Positions 1 to 13,669 of a DNA stretch of 64,000 nucleotides are shown one piece after another (within the stretch, counting starts at the first letter, position 1; each line of letters starts with the position of its first letter). The notes beneath the pieces were generated by a model. The model searched no databases. It was not told where the DNA came from and saw only the letters and a list, made by a program, of their open reading frames with translations. The DNA comes from Mobula birostris (Eukaryota): positions 30,339,715-30,403,714 of the forward strand of contig NC_092379.1 of the NCBI RefSeq assembly GCF_030028105.1, written 5' to 3'. The translations under genes were made by a program, and so were the position numbers.

Positions 1-769
1 ATCTGTTTATTCCTACTACAAAAGTGCCTGAAGATATCGGGCACTGCACTATAAAACATGGGCCACGTCGTTGACAATTCGCCTAATCTGTTTTCGTATT
101 TCTTCCACCTTCACGTCTCCTGAACGCCCTAAATCGGTCAGTCCTGAAGAACGTTTGCTTCCTCTATTCTATCTTGCCTCATTCATCGCCACCTTCGCCT
201 TATCTCAGTCACTCCTAAATGTGAAAGTTTTTCATGATTATTCCTTGAATCATTGTCAAACATTCCTTTCCGCCAATCCTACGTTCGCATGCTCGACCTA
301 AATGATATAGCCATAGATATTAACTCTGCCATTTAAACACTTAAAATAACAGAAAAAAATGGAATTATAACATGTTCCATATCACTGCTGTATAAAGTAT
401 GCTCAGCACATTTGATATATCTCTCCACCTTCTACAACGCAGGCATAAAAACATTGCCACATACTGTGCCAGACTTATCACATTGAAGGAGGTGTCGATG
501 ATGGTGACTGGAGCGTCCCTCTACACAGCATATTGCAATTCTCTCTAACAGAGTATGCTTCATATGTCAATCATTTCTTCCCTTATTTCCCTGACGCCAA
601 TCATTATCTGATGCGATTTAGAGTAGGCTGTTAAACTATCAAATAAGTCATCTCAAACTGCACATTAAAAATGTATCATAGGGAGTTATACGGGACTAAT
701 CAATCGATCACGAGAGCAAATTAGTGTGTAGTTAAACGGAGTTGTTAGCCAACATTGGATCTGATGACT

Positions 770-1790
770 CTTACCTGAGTGTCATAAGGGAGGCACTTAT
801 GGAAATTAGAAATATGTGACAGACTGTCAGACGGTGCTGAAGCTTTGTGTATAGGGGTAAGGAACTGGCAGGGTAAACAGACCCTGATGGTCGTGGTGCA
901 CAGACCACCCCAAGCAGCAGTCAGCGTGTGTTCGAAAATCAGAACGGGAGATAGACATTACATGCTACAAGGGTAATATTACAATACACACGGGGGAATC
1001 CAATATGCAGGAATATTAGGAAGATCTATTAGTTCTGAATTCGAGCAAGGGGAGTTTCTACAGTGCCTACGAGATGGATCTTTCGACCACATCATGTCTG
1101 AACCCACGACGGGATCTGCCTTTCTGCTTTGTGTGCTTCGCAACGAACAGATTTATTGGAAACATCAAGGTTAAAGTAACCAACGAGACAGATGATTATA
1201 ATATGGTTACATTGATCTTGAAAATTGAGAAGGAAAGACTGATGTATCAGTGTTTCAATGGAGTAAAGGGAATGACAGAAGTATCAAAAAGGAGTTGGAC
1301 AGACATATTTAGAAATCACATTGCAGGGGCGACAGCAGAGAAGGAGTGTTTGGAATTTCTGGAAGATATTCGGAATGCACAGATTCAATGCATCACAAAG
1401 ACGAATATATATTCTAATGTAAAGATGGCAGAAGGTTGGCTAACAACAGAAGTCATGGCCAACATACAAGTCAATCTTAGGGCATATATTGCAGAGAAAA
1501 ACACAGTGCGTATTTAGAGGATTAGGAAACCGTAAGAAGATGCAACTGGGCCTGTGTGAACTCCGAATGATCTGGGACGTAGAGGGGCTTGCAGGTTGCA
1601 TACTTAAATATGTAGTTATACCCACGGAGCAGGACCCAGGAAACTGGGTGATACTCGCGAAGGGAAAGGTGTTGAGGAGCCAGCGCAGAGAACTCCTTTG
1701 GCAATTCCCCTTTGGATTAGGTTCCGCTGGATGTCCTAACAGCGCAAAGTCAGAGTGTTCGGGTCTATATTACCTAGTCTTTCTCTAAGT
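770..1790 (+). mobile_element. Degraded CR1-type LINE ORF2 fragments (endonuclease/linker region)
   Basis: Frameshifted pieces resemble CR1 ORF2; provided ORFs 1074-1517 and 1489-1788 are broken remnants. Boundaries approximate. Confidence 0.5.
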
Positions 1791-2034
1791 TCAGGAAGGA
1801 AGGAGGGAGAACAGGAACGCAGTATCGATAGGGAAATCGTTATTTAGCTATACGGACAGTAGGTCGAGTGGACCGAAAAAACGATTCCCCAATAGCGTGG
1901 ATCCTGCTGGGTGCCAGGGTCCGGGATATTCTTAAGTGGAAGAGTGAATACCCAGAAGACGTTGTTTAGGTACAGTAGGTTTCCATAAAATAGGCATGAT
2001 GAGTGATGCGGTTCCGAATAGCAAGTTCAGGGAT

Positions 2035-2627
2035 TTAGATTAGATTAGATTAGATTATGAGGACACGCAGTCCTCTTTTATTGTCATTTAGTAATGCATG
2101 CATTAAGAAATGATAGAATATTCCTCCAGAATGATATCACAGAAAACAAGACAAACCAAGACTGAAAAACTGTCAAAAAACACATAATTATAACATATAA
2201 TTACAACAGTGCAAAGCAATACCGTAATTTGATAAAGAACAGACCATGGGCACGGTAAAAAAGTATCAGAGTCTCTCGAAAGTCCCACACTCTCACACAG
2301 ACGGTAGAAGGAAGAAAAACTCTCCCTGCCATGAGCTTCCAGCGCCACAAACTTGCCGATGCAGCACCCCACCGATGCTTTGTCCCCGGCCCCGGCGACA
2401 GGCAATAGGCAAAGCCGAGGATTTGGGGCCTTCCCCTCCGGAGATTCTCGATCGCACAGTAGCAGCGGCAGCGAAGCGGGCATTTCAGAAGTTTCTCAAC
2501 CTGTTCCTCCGTGCCTCTCACGTCTGTCTCCGTCAAATCAGGATTGTGAACTGTACCTACTTACAATTACGATATCATTTCGGAGCGGCTGCGCACGCTG
2601 CGTCGCGCCGCCATCTTCTTCACCCCC
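2035..2627 (-). repeat. Short non-autonomous retroposon with (TCTAA)n tail and AAGATGGCGG-containing 5' end
   Basis: Plus strand shows (TTAGA)n at 2035-2066. The minus-strand 5' end reads GGGGTGAAGAAGATGGCGGCGCGACGC. 2390-2627 is visibly related to 60780-61045. Confidence 0.55.
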
Positions 2628-3119
2628 TCATTTAGGTGCAAAGTTAAGAGCAGGATCTCAGGTTTTGTGATCTCAGGATTGCTACACGTGCGACGTGCTA
2701 GTGAGGCCAGAACGGAGGAAAATATGAAGTTTAATCCTTGCTTCAGGAGTTGGCAATGGAAGGGTGGCATAAGATACTAAGATTATTTTGCTTTCTTCTT
2801 CGGAAGTTGAGACATTTTCAAGAGGGGCGGATTGCACCTGAACTGTAGTGGGCTAATATCATCGACGTATGTTTCTTCATGCTGCACTATGTGCTTTAAA
2901 CTAGAGCTGCAAGGAGAATGAAACCCAGTGTAAGAACATATAGAGTAGACATTCTGGAGGCAGATGTCGCTCAGTCCTTTGAAAAAGTTAGAAATCGAAA
3001 GTTTGAGCATTGTGCAATTAGGGCCGAGCTCTCTTTCCTTGAAAGCAAGAAACATTGTAGGCATAGCGGACAACGGTGCTGCAGAGAGTTAACTGACTTG
3101 AAATCAAACAGATAAGGTG

Positions 3120-4210
3120 CAGTGTAAAGTACAGACAAAATCGAAAAGGATGAAATTGCAGTTCTGGAATGCGCGCAGCATACAGAATACAGAATAAGGT
3201 AGACGAACTTGCAGCACTGTTGCAGATAGGGAGTTATGATGTTCTCGGTATCACTGAATAGTATCTAAAAGATAGTAACTGGGAACTTAATGTCAAGGAT
3301 ACGCATTGTATCGAAACATTGGGCAAGAAGGTAAAGGGGGGAAGCGTTGTTCTGTCGGTATGAAATATAATTGAATTATTAAATTAAGGTAACAAAGGTT
3401 CAGAAGCTTTTAAATGGTTGGTCATACAGCTGAGAAACTGCAAGGGTAAAAACACTTTGATAGGAGTTGCATACAGACCCCTAAACGTTCGTATTCTTTT
3501 GGCCGACAAATTACAATTGGATACAGAACATGCATGCCAAAGAGCATTGTTACAATACTCGTGGGGGAGATTAAAGTGAGGGTAGATCAGGAAAATGAGG
3601 TTGCTTCCGAATTAAAAGAAAATAAATTTCAAAGGTGCCGACAAGATGAGTTCTTTTTTAGAGCAACTAATGGTTGAGCTCAGGAGAGGATCCGCTGTTC
3701 TGCATTGGCTGTTGTGCTATGAACCAGAATTGATTGGAGAATTAAAGGTAAAATCGGTCTTCGGGGCAAGTGATTATTATATTATAGAGATTACCCAGAA
3801 ATTTAAGAAGGAGAGGTTCAAGCCAGATGGATGATATTCCAGTGTAGTAAAGGGAATTACAGAGGCATGAGGGGGGAATTGGGCAGAAATGGTTGGAAAA
3901 GAACACTGGTAGGTGTCCTGGAAGAGCAGCAATGGCTGTACTTTTACGGAACACTTGGGAGGAACAGGATACACACAGACACCAAGGAGAAAGATGCATT
4001 CTAAAGAAAAGATGACCAAAACAGAAATCAAAGTTGACGTAAAAATAAAGGCGAGGGCATGTCACACAGCAAAAACTGGTTTGAGGGTGGAGGATTGGAT
4101 AGTGTTTTTTTTTTAAACGAAAAAAAACTAAAACGTTATCAATAAGGAGAAGAAAGAATGCGACAGTAAGCTGGCCAATAATATGAAAGAAGATACCAAA
4201 ATTTTCTTCA
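3120..4210 (+). mobile_element. CR1 LINE ORF2 N-terminal AP-endonuclease region, decayed
   Basis: Translates in pieces to NARSI..NKVDELAALLQIGSYDV..ITE, later GVAYRP and VKSVFGASDYYIIE, typical of CR1 endonuclease. Confidence 0.75.
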
Positions 4211-7200
4211 AATGCCAGAATGGATATCAGAGTGCTGATTATCGAAGTGATTTAGAATAGAATTCACGGCGTCATTTAATAAAGAGCGCAATAATTGTAT
4301 TTTATTTCACGTCAGGAAGGCCACGGGAGCTGCAAAGGGACGATATCTGTATCGTATGCTTTGGCATTTTTCGGGGAATTCTGGTGAATATGCGATATTC
4401 CCTTGTTGGTGACACTGCAGTGGTTTACCGTATGTTTTCCGGGCCTGACGTACAAGTTAAAGATTGCATCGTGTGGTGTAATAACATGGGACTTCCTGAG
4501 TGATGAACTAAATACAATATTTCGGATTCTACAATCGATTGTCCGCTGGATACGGTGAATAGTTCTCTTCAGACGTTGTCCAGAAGTAAGGAGCGATGCT
4601 TCACATCGAATCGACGCGGATGATAACGACGAATTTAATCATCTTCTTTCCAAGAGATATGATACTTTAGACTTCTATCTCGATGGAAGCTGAGAAGGAA
4701 ACTCTCAATAAGTTCAACATGGAAATTTGTTGAAATTCAAATCATACGGGAGGTAATTGATACCGGATGTAATCGAAAAGTTGCACCAAGGCGAACACAT
4801 TTTACACACAAAACGATGAAAAGTGAGAGACATTCCGAGAGGTGGACTGACCCACCTGAGAAGTTTTTATGAACGTTCGTGTGTTCGATCATTTCCATGG
4901 TGCGGTCTGCCTCGTTTAGACCCTGCAGCATTTTCTGCATGTTACTTCTATATTTTTCTGCTGTTGCAAGATAACGTACCATGCAGATATGATACCAGTC
5001 TTCTACGGCATCCTCAAGAAATTGAAATCACCTCAGGTGAAGTAAAATAAAATCATTGAGCCGTTTTTATAAATAATATCGGGCACTTTCTCCTTAATGA
5101 CATGGTTCCAGATAGTTACTCACACGGTGTGGCGACATTCATGATTTAAATGCGGTGATGGGTAAGTATTATGAATGATTAAATGTTTAGATGGGGAACT
5201 TCATCGAAGCAGGGAGAATGAAGTAGCAGAAGACCATACGGCAGTTCGCAGCTGTCCCATCCTAGAATTTAATCATGGCTGATCGGACACATTTCATTAG
5301 TATTCCTGCTCCTCCAGATACCGTTCTGGAGAAACCTTTTGACCACACATTTTATGAAGCTACTTATTGATTTGATACTTGATTTTACTCCCGATCCAGC
5401 ACACATCTCTCACACCACAGCGGCCTGCAGTCGACAACGTCAGGACGCAAGCATGATTTAAAAAAAAAATCAGAACGGTCAATCTGGCTAGCACTGTGAC
5501 GCGTATTTACAATGCAATATGTGATTATCGGGGCAGATTTTGAAGTCGTTGGTTAGGAATGGCCTTGACAGGCATTCTTCCACTGATGGCTGTGCTGGAA
5601 GCAACTGTTTAAAACACAGAATGCACAGCTGTTTCCGTTCAGTTACATTGTCAACGTCTATTCGTGCCGGACTGTGAAATATGGTATTCTTCTGACAGAA
5701 AACCGGTAAAATGTGGAGTAAGAGATAACTGAAAATAAAATTTGTATATCCATTAATTTAAGTTGATGTATAAAGCAGTTTTATACTGTATATGAAGGAA
5801 GGTTAGAATGGCTGTGTGATGCAGCGTGTGGAATCCGCATAGGGAACTTATTTTGGAGGGTACCTCAAATTAAATTGGATGGTATCAATTGACTGATAGA
5901 ATAGTTTAGAGGGACGATTAATCTGGCCGCAGTTTTAATCTTATGTTCCATTTCCTCAGTCATGGCAGTAGTACACCATGTGGTTGAAAGACTTTCCTTT
6001 AAGATTGCAAAGCAACACAATGTTAAAGATAAACTAATCTTTCATACATTGAATTCATCCTTTCGAATTAAACTGACCGTTTATTACTTCCATCAATATT
6101 GCACATTTGAATGCGATTGCAGGCGAAATGCATCAATGAAAGATTGACACTTATTGGAATTTTTGCATTTAATCTCCTTTCCGATCCACATGTAATCTAC
6201 ACCTCTCATTCAATTTCTGTGGCCGGAGTCCAACATTTGACTTTACTGAAATAACTGAAAGGAAACATCTGCATGTCCCATGCAACGAAAAACAAACTGG
6301 TTCCAGTCGGCTGCACAGAGACAGAAAGTAATTGGTTATGAAAAAGAACACTATGCGATCAACATCTTCCCAGCAACAGGTCTCACATACTGCCAGAAAA
6401 TGGTCTTATTGGTCAGGCGGTGCAACATTCAGATTAAATCCAAATTTGGATTTATCTTTCACCGAATTACCAGGGAGCTGGAAAAGACTGGGATTCAGAC
6501 ATGAGGCATTAACGTTTCTTCCTTCTAATTGAAGTCTCAAGTTCTCAGAATAGTTCGCAACTCGCATACTGACCCCGTGGCAATATGGTGAATTCATATC
6601 CCGAAATGTAACTCTCTGAATGCAGTGGACTGTTTTTATATTCAAATTGTCAGACAGAACCCGACAGGATACTTCCCTGCGGCGACCATTCGTCATCAAG
6701 AAAATATGGGGATTTCGATTAACAGGGTAATATTGAGATAAGAGTATTGAAATGTTATGTCCCTCCATCGCTTCATCACCCCCGGTAACTCATTCAGTGC
6801 TGCGCGTGTACCTGGAAACTGTTCCATAACCCCATCCCCCACCGCCACTCGCATTTTAACGCCTGAATAGACCGAAATATATTTTTGCCTCAAAATGTGT
6901 GTTCATTTGCTCATTTGGTTCTCGTTCTTGGAATATCCGATCGTGTCAGATTGAAGACAGTGACATTCCTGCTGGAATGGAAAGGGACCACCAATACTAC
7001 ACCGCACCCTTAAGCAAGCCAGAGGAATCAGAACCATTGATTCTTAACAGAGAATCCCACAACATCATCCCATGGAAGGTGTCAGTAATGGATAGGTCTG
7101 AATACTACGTCAAAATCATTTGATCATTTCCAAGAAATGCCTCAGGGCCATATAATATCACTTCAAAACACACTAAAATTCCAAAACTCTGCATTTAAAT

Positions 7201-7479
7201 GCGACCGACCAACTGAGAACATAATCCATTGAGGTTGAGATTATTACAATAAGATCTCCAAAAATGTGATCACGTTGGATCAACGAAATCTGCCCTTCCA
7301 TAAAGTCTCGAACATCATTTTTATGGATCGTCTACCGTGTAAAGCCCCACATTCTGTCGCCGTGAATAATTCCCATGTTTGAGAAAAACCTTTCCTTTAT
7401 ATAATCCCTTCAAAAGTTCTCAGAGAACAACAACGTGAATCAGATTTTAGGTGTTTTGTTTTCTCGGTTCTAACGTCTG

Positions 7480-8280
7480 ACCAAGGAGATCAACCTGGAG
7501 AATAGGGATGTTAGTGCTGAGATTATTAACATACATTTTGAAGTAAACGAGAAAATAGTGTTGGGTATCTTGAAGAGGTTTGACATCGATGTATCTAGAC
7601 ACTTTTCCTGGCGAAGGTACTGACGGTAATTAATATGGAGAGGATTTAAGAACATTTACAAATCCTTTTCCTGATTAATAAGAGCCTGTTGTAGTTTGTG
7701 CAGGCCCACCATGTCTTTCTAACGACGATTTTTGTTTGTAAAGGTGCCGATGGTAATTGAAGAAGGTAGAGCTGTGAATTTTGTCTAGATGAATTTTAGT
7801 CAAACATTCGTCAAGATCATTCACGGGACCTTATCAAAAATTAAGATGCATGAGATGAATGCTTCATTCGCCATTTTGCATTCTTAACTGGCTTGCCCAG
7901 GACAGAAAGAGCTGACGGTCGAAGGGGCTTATTTTAGCAGGAGTTATGTTATTAATAGTATTGCGCAGGGATATGTGCTGGGATCTCTGTTAATTGTGAT
8001 ATAGATAAGTTATAAAACTAACATATTAATGGGTGGGTTAGCATGCTTTGTGAAGATACAAAGTTTGCTGTTGTTGTGGATAGCGTAGACAATTCGTCAA
8101 AACACAGTGGAAAATTGAACTGTTGCAGATATGGTTGGTAAAAGGAAAATCGCATTCAGCCCTGCCAATTGTGTAGTACTGCAGGTTGGTAAGCTAAACG
8201 TAAAGATAAAATACACTATTGAGTTCGCTACCCTGAAGAGTGCAGACTAGCAGAAGGATAATATTCTAAAAAAAAACATA
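7480..8280 (+). mobile_element. CR1 LINE ORF2 RT fragments, decayed
   Basis: Degenerate RT motifs, e.g. cgcagggatatgtgctgggatctctg (PQGSVLGP-like) and aagtttgctg (KFAD-like). Confidence 0.65.
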
Positions 8281-8434
8281 TATGAGAGAAAGGACATCTA
8301 GGCCGATAAGAGGACGTATATGCAGAGGGCGAGTGATTCATTAAATCTCACCCGATCTGGACTCGGTATGTTAAGTTTCCCTGTGAGTTCGGGAAAAATA
8401 TGCTGAACGATTTTGTTTAATACCAATTTTAATA

Positions 8435-9220
8435 CAATGCAGCTGACAGAAGGATATCTGAAAGCTGAATCATTACTGCTACATTGTTTGATTATTTGCA
8501 TATTTCTCCCCCTAAATAAGCACTGCGTTGGTGGGGAAAATTTGGTTCCATTTCTGTTCCTCCGCATTCTAACCTGGGGCTTGTATTTCTGAGAGTATTT
8601 ATGTCAGCGCCAACCGCGAGTCCATCTGCGATTACTATAGATTTTAGAACATTAAATAAGCTGATAAGTAATTTCCCAAACTTGAGCATAAAGTTATTTG
8701 TTTGTTTGTGTGTTTTTTTTTTTTGTGACTACTTATACAACATGCACTGAGATTTCACGCGAATTAACACCAGTTTCGGCAAAGATCACAATCTATCACT
8801 GCAACCGACTGGATAACAGATACAATTTCAGTTCTGTTAAATAGAGGATGTCAAAAAAGGTGATAACCTGGCACAATATAAATAGTTGAACGATATATTC
8901 CTGCATTTTATCGTTCATACATGTTTCGTGTTCCGGTTTCATTTAAGTTAAGCCTGTCTTAACCGACTAATATTACATAGTAGCGCACCGGGTTGTGCCA
9001 CGTTTAATATGCTGCAATGACATGGAAGCGCACAAGTTAGCACAACTCATTACAGCGGAAGATCTAAGTTAGGTGGCCTAATCCTGCTTTAGCATTTGAT
9101 GATTTTCAACGATCACTCCGTGTCAACGTAGCTTTTGTCTGGTAACATCGTTTCTTTCAGATCCCTAAAATGTACGGGATAGACATACTTTGTACGCTCT
9201 AGAAATTTAGCGAGACTTGG
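8435..9220. repeat. Copy 1 of an unclassified locally duplicated block
   Basis: Colinear similarity (roughly 65-75% by eye) to 10297-11210, e.g. gctgacagaag, cgttggtgggga, gagtccatctg, caatctatcac, ttcgtgt.ccggttt, gctgcaatga.atgg. Confidence 0.75.
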
Positions 9221-9429
9221 TGATGTCGTGGGGAGAGTAGACGACTCGCCAAAAACTCAGTAGAAACTGTTGCAGATATGGGCGGTGAAGTGACGACTGT
9301 ATTTCGCTCTGCCAACTGTGTCCTGATTCAGCTTGGTAAATGCAAAGATACAGTACACTGTTAAGTTCAATACCTTGAATAATACTGCTGAGCAGAAGGA
9401 ACTTGTCGTGCAGGTTCATAGCTATCTGA

Positions 9430-9780
9430 AACTAGCTACATAGAAGTTGACAGTGTGGCTAAGAAGATACCAGGCATGCTTGCAGTTATTAGTCGTTGCA
9501 TGAAACCCTAAAGTTAGGAAGCTATTTTGCTCGTTTACACATCTCTGGTTAAGAGCAGTTGGAATGTTGTATAATTTTCTGGTCACCGCAATATGGGAAA
9601 TACGTCGGGGATTTTGGTTGGTGCAGAAGGTTTCGCGAGGATGCTGCCTGGATTTGAAGGCAACTGATACAACGAGAGGTTCGGTACGTTCCGTTTATTC
9701 TCTCTGGAGTGGCGGATGACACGGGGAGATGTACAGAACTTTATAAGATTATGAGAAGATTAGATAAAATCAGCGAACAA
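9430..9780 (+). mobile_element. CR1 LINE 3' ORF2 fragment
   Basis: caggcatgcttgcagttattagtcg and ttattctctctggagtggcggatg match the CR1 RT C-terminal consensus pattern. Confidence 0.6.
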
Positions 9781-10296
9781 CACCTTATCCTCATTTGTTG
9801 TTGTTTGTATTTTGTGTGTGTGCCTTTATATAATTACATATGTATTCGTGAGTATATTTCCCGAAATGCGCTGTTTGGGGTGGTGGTAGTGGCCTTCTGA
9901 CAAAGCATTAGCACGATCAATAGCAAATCCAACTCCTTCAGTTTCTGCCCAGAACAACTTTTGATCGTGGGAAATGCATTAAAGGTGGACAACAACAACT
10001 CCAACAGACACTGCTCAGATCAACAATTCAGACCACGATTTATTTTATATGCTGATGATGATTAAATATTTTAAATTAAAATTAAATTAATATTAAAATA
10101 TTTTATTTGTTCAGTACCTCTGTATAAACCCAGTTCTGAGGAATATATAAAAAAAGAACAATTAGGGCGATAACTGAACATAGATACAGACAGCGAGTGA
10201 GTTATGTAACTGCACTGGACCCGTAATCCCTGCGATTACGGGGGGGGGGGGGGGAGGGAAGACCCAGAATAATCCTGAATATTATCTCTATTTTAA

Positions 10297-11210
10297 TACC
10301 CTCCAGCTGACAGAAGATTAACCATTACTGGTGGATCGTTTGACATTTGCATCTTTCTCTCTCAAAATATGTTATGCGTTGGTGGGGACAAATATGTTCC
10401 GTTTCTGTCCCTCTGCATTCTCATCTGGGACTGACGTTTCTGAGATTATTTATATCAAAATCTAGCTTGAGTCCATCTGTGATCACTACAGATATAAACA
10501 CATTAATAACCTGGTTAACAACTTCTCACAGCTAACCAGAAAGTTCTTTATTGGATGATTACAATAAGCTTGTGCAACATTCACTCAGATGTGTTGGGCA
10601 GTCAGATCAATCTTTGCAAACATTGCAATCTATCACTTGCAACCAACTGGATGCCAGATGGCATTTCTGATCTGCAAATTCCGCAGAACAGCGCAGACTT
10701 GAGCTATTCTGTAGTGCCGGAAATGTGTTCATAATCCGCGAAAAGCAAATATTCACCTTATGTACAACAAACGCACTTAGACAGGAATGGTATATATAAT
10801 TTAATGAATTATATACGCATGACAAAAGTTGCATGTCAAAATGAAGATAACTTGACAATAGGTGAGGGATAGAGGGAAAGGTTCTTTTCTCACTCTTACG
10901 TACCGATTTCGTGTCCCGGTTTAATTTAACTTAAGGCTGGCTTATCATGCTGATCTGGCATAGTAGCACATCAGGTTACACAACGTTCAATCTGCTGCAA
11001 TGATATGGCAACTCACAAGTTTGCAGAACCCATTAAAGCAATAATTCTACGTTAGGAGGTCCATTCCCGCTGACGAATGTTATGATTTTGTAAGTTCTCC
11101 AGGTGGGCACTTAGTTTTCGTCTGGAATGTCGATTTCTTTCACATTCTGAAGAATGATGTGATAAGCATGCTATGTTGGCCCTGGGAATTATGCGGCCCT
11201 TACCAATCAT
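10297..11210. repeat. Copy 2 of the unclassified locally duplicated block
   Basis: Colinear similarity to 8435-9220, with an insertion of extra sequence around 10670-10890. Confidence 0.75.
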
Positions 11211-11789
11211 ATGGCTGTAAAACATTGGAAAAGAATAAGGTCATGCACCTCATCGATTCTCCTCCTCAATTCCATCATGGCTGATTTATTAACACTTAAA
11301 ACCCCATTCCCCTGTCTTTTTTTCCCGCAAACTTGGCGCCCTAACTAATAAATAACATATCAAACACCACTTAAGTGCATTGTGTCACTTGGCTTCCGCA
11401 ACCTTTTTTTTTTAGCACTACATTGCACAGAATCCCCTCCACTTCGATGAAGAAAATCCTCCTTCTTTCTGTTGTAAGTGGACATCGCTCCGTTCTGAGG
11501 CACTTCAGCAGCAGGAGAAAGCATATAGGTCTGGGCCGCATATTGAGATTCTAATTTGGAGAACGGCCAGTTGAGATGGTATCTCAAAGGATCAAGCAAG
11601 ACTGAATCGAGACAGGTTGTTTATTGGCAAATGTGTACTTGTAAAGATACCAGGTGTAGGGAACCGTGATTTTCAAAAAAAATATTGTGTCCCTGGCTGA
11701 AAAAAAAACTGAATGTCAGCGTGCTGATGAGTGCGATAGAACAAATGGATAAACAGTGAGGTCGAAGGGAGATTTGATCGTAAAGAAAG

Positions 11790-12390
11790 TTTCTGGCACA
11801 TTGGCCTTGATAAATCAAAATACTGAGTGTAGCAGTGAGGATGTTATGTGAAAGTTCGATAAAACACTGGTGAGGCTTAATCTGGATTATTGTCTGAAAT
11901 TTTGTTCACTTAGTTGCACAAAAAAGTGTAAATAAAGTTGAAAGTGTGTAAACAATATTTGTAAGGGCCTGCCGCATCTGGAGGATCCCAGTTATAAGGA
12001 ATGATTAAGTATTTCAGGACTCTTTTTCGTTGGAACGTAGAAAATAACATAGAGGAGATTTCATAGGGGTACATAGATTTAGGAGGTGTTCTCAGAAGGT
12101 AAATGCAACAGTATTTTTTTTTCCACCGAGTTTGCGTGGGACTAAAGATAATGTCGAAAAGTGTAAATGGAACATGAGGGGAATCTTCTTCAACGCGAGC
12201 TTCGAGGAAATGTGGAACAACTGGTGCACGCGAACTCTATTTCAATGTTTAATCAAAGCTTGGACAGGTACGTGGATGGGAGTGGTATGGAGGCAATGGG
12301 CCAGTTGTAGGTCAACTGGAGTAGGCCGTTTAAATAAGCTCAACATTAACCAGATGGTCTAGAGTGCCTGTTTCTGTGTTGTACTGTTCC
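11790..12390 (+). mobile_element. CR1 LINE 3' end fragment
   Basis: RT C-terminal and 3'UTR-like sequence (aaaacactggtgaggct, gaggggaatcttcttcaac, tggaacaactg). Confidence 0.65.
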
Positions 12391-13149
12391 ATGACTGTAC
12401 GACTTATGTCCGTCTATCGTATTCATATTAACACATGCGTCCATGCATTGCTTTTGATCCTGTGTTTATAAACTTTAACCTGTCTTGGTTCAAGTAATGT
12501 ATCTATAGACAGAGTTAAGACTTCATTTTTATTCATCTTGACTCTGTTTGTCGTCATCATAAGAAATTTTGTGTTGGCTACATTTTACTGCGACTGAACT
12601 TTCAAATGTTCTCATTGATTGTCTTTATTTGCATTTACAAATGATTTTTAACTATCATTTTAATGTCCAATAGCAGCAACAATGAGACATCGCCCTCTTT
12701 TTTGTGGGTTGTTTCCCCCTTCTTTTTGTTTCCAGTCGATGTTGGAATTCAATAGATCTCAAAAAACTAACCCTAATATCTATACATCTCTGTATTGGAT
12801 TTCATTCCATTTTATTCAAGTTAGTTCACTGTTACCAATTATATTCTACTGGTATGATGGAGTATGAGTGTTCTTCTTTCTTTATCTTAAGGCCTGGCTT
12901 AATTACATAATACCTGCTCTGAATTTTTCAGGCATTTGCTGCAGTAACGGATTCTGCCAATTTTCTTGAACAAAGCAATATTATATTTACAAACAATGCA
13001 GAGGATCCCTACATCTACTGCCCACCCACCCCACACGTATTGCCTGCTGATCAATGCAGGAGTTCGAGCTTTAAAATGAAGTTTGTGATCTATGTTCATC
13101 GAGGTTTATTTGGCCTTTTCTTTATTTTTAAAATTCCGGAACATGTGTA

Positions 13150-13669
13150 ATTTCCCATGTAAGGGTAAGTGGCAGATGCTAGAGAGTACCCCAGTGGCTG
13201 TCCCCCGTAAGAATAAGTGCTCATGTTTGAGTACTGTTGGATGAGACGGCGTACCTAGGGGAAGCAACAGTGGCCACGCCTCGGGCATAGAGTTTGGGTC
13301 TATAGTTCAGAAGGGTAGGGAAAGGATGAGGATGGCAGCAGTGATAGGGGCTGTATAGTTATGGGGTCAGACGGTCGATTCTGTGGCGCAGCAATGAAAC
13401 ACAGATGGTAGTTTGCCTCCCAGGTGCCAGGGTCCGAGATGTTTCTCATCGCGTCCATGATATCCTGAAGTGGGAAGGGGAAAAGCCAGAGGTCGTGGTA
13501 CATATTCATTCGTACCACCGACATAGGTAGGAACAAGGGAGGAGGGTCTGAAAGCAGACGACAGGGAGTTAGGAAGGAAGTTGAGAAGCAGGACCTCAAG
13601 AATAGCGATCTCGGGATTACTGCCTGTGCCACATGACAGTGAGCATAGGAATAGAATGAGGTGAAGGAT
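13150..13669 (+). mobile_element. CR1 LINE ORF1 (SGNH esterase-like), left part, interrupted by a Rex1-like LINE
   Basis: Degenerate CLPGARV.DVS and VHIGTNDIG-type motifs (tttgcctcccaggtgccagggtccgagatgtttct; gtacatattcattcgtaccaccgacatagg). Confidence 0.75.

Noticed and set aside
6435-6454. Perfect 20-bp palindrome TAAATCCAAATTTGGATTTA
   Set aside because: AT-rich and isolated, with no associated element; plausibly chance.
6380-6520. Minus-strand SVKDKSKFGFNLNVAPPDQ*DHFLAVC looks like a V-domain D-E-F strand
   Set aside because: No WYRQ, no first Cys at the right spacing, no YxC and no acceptable RSS.
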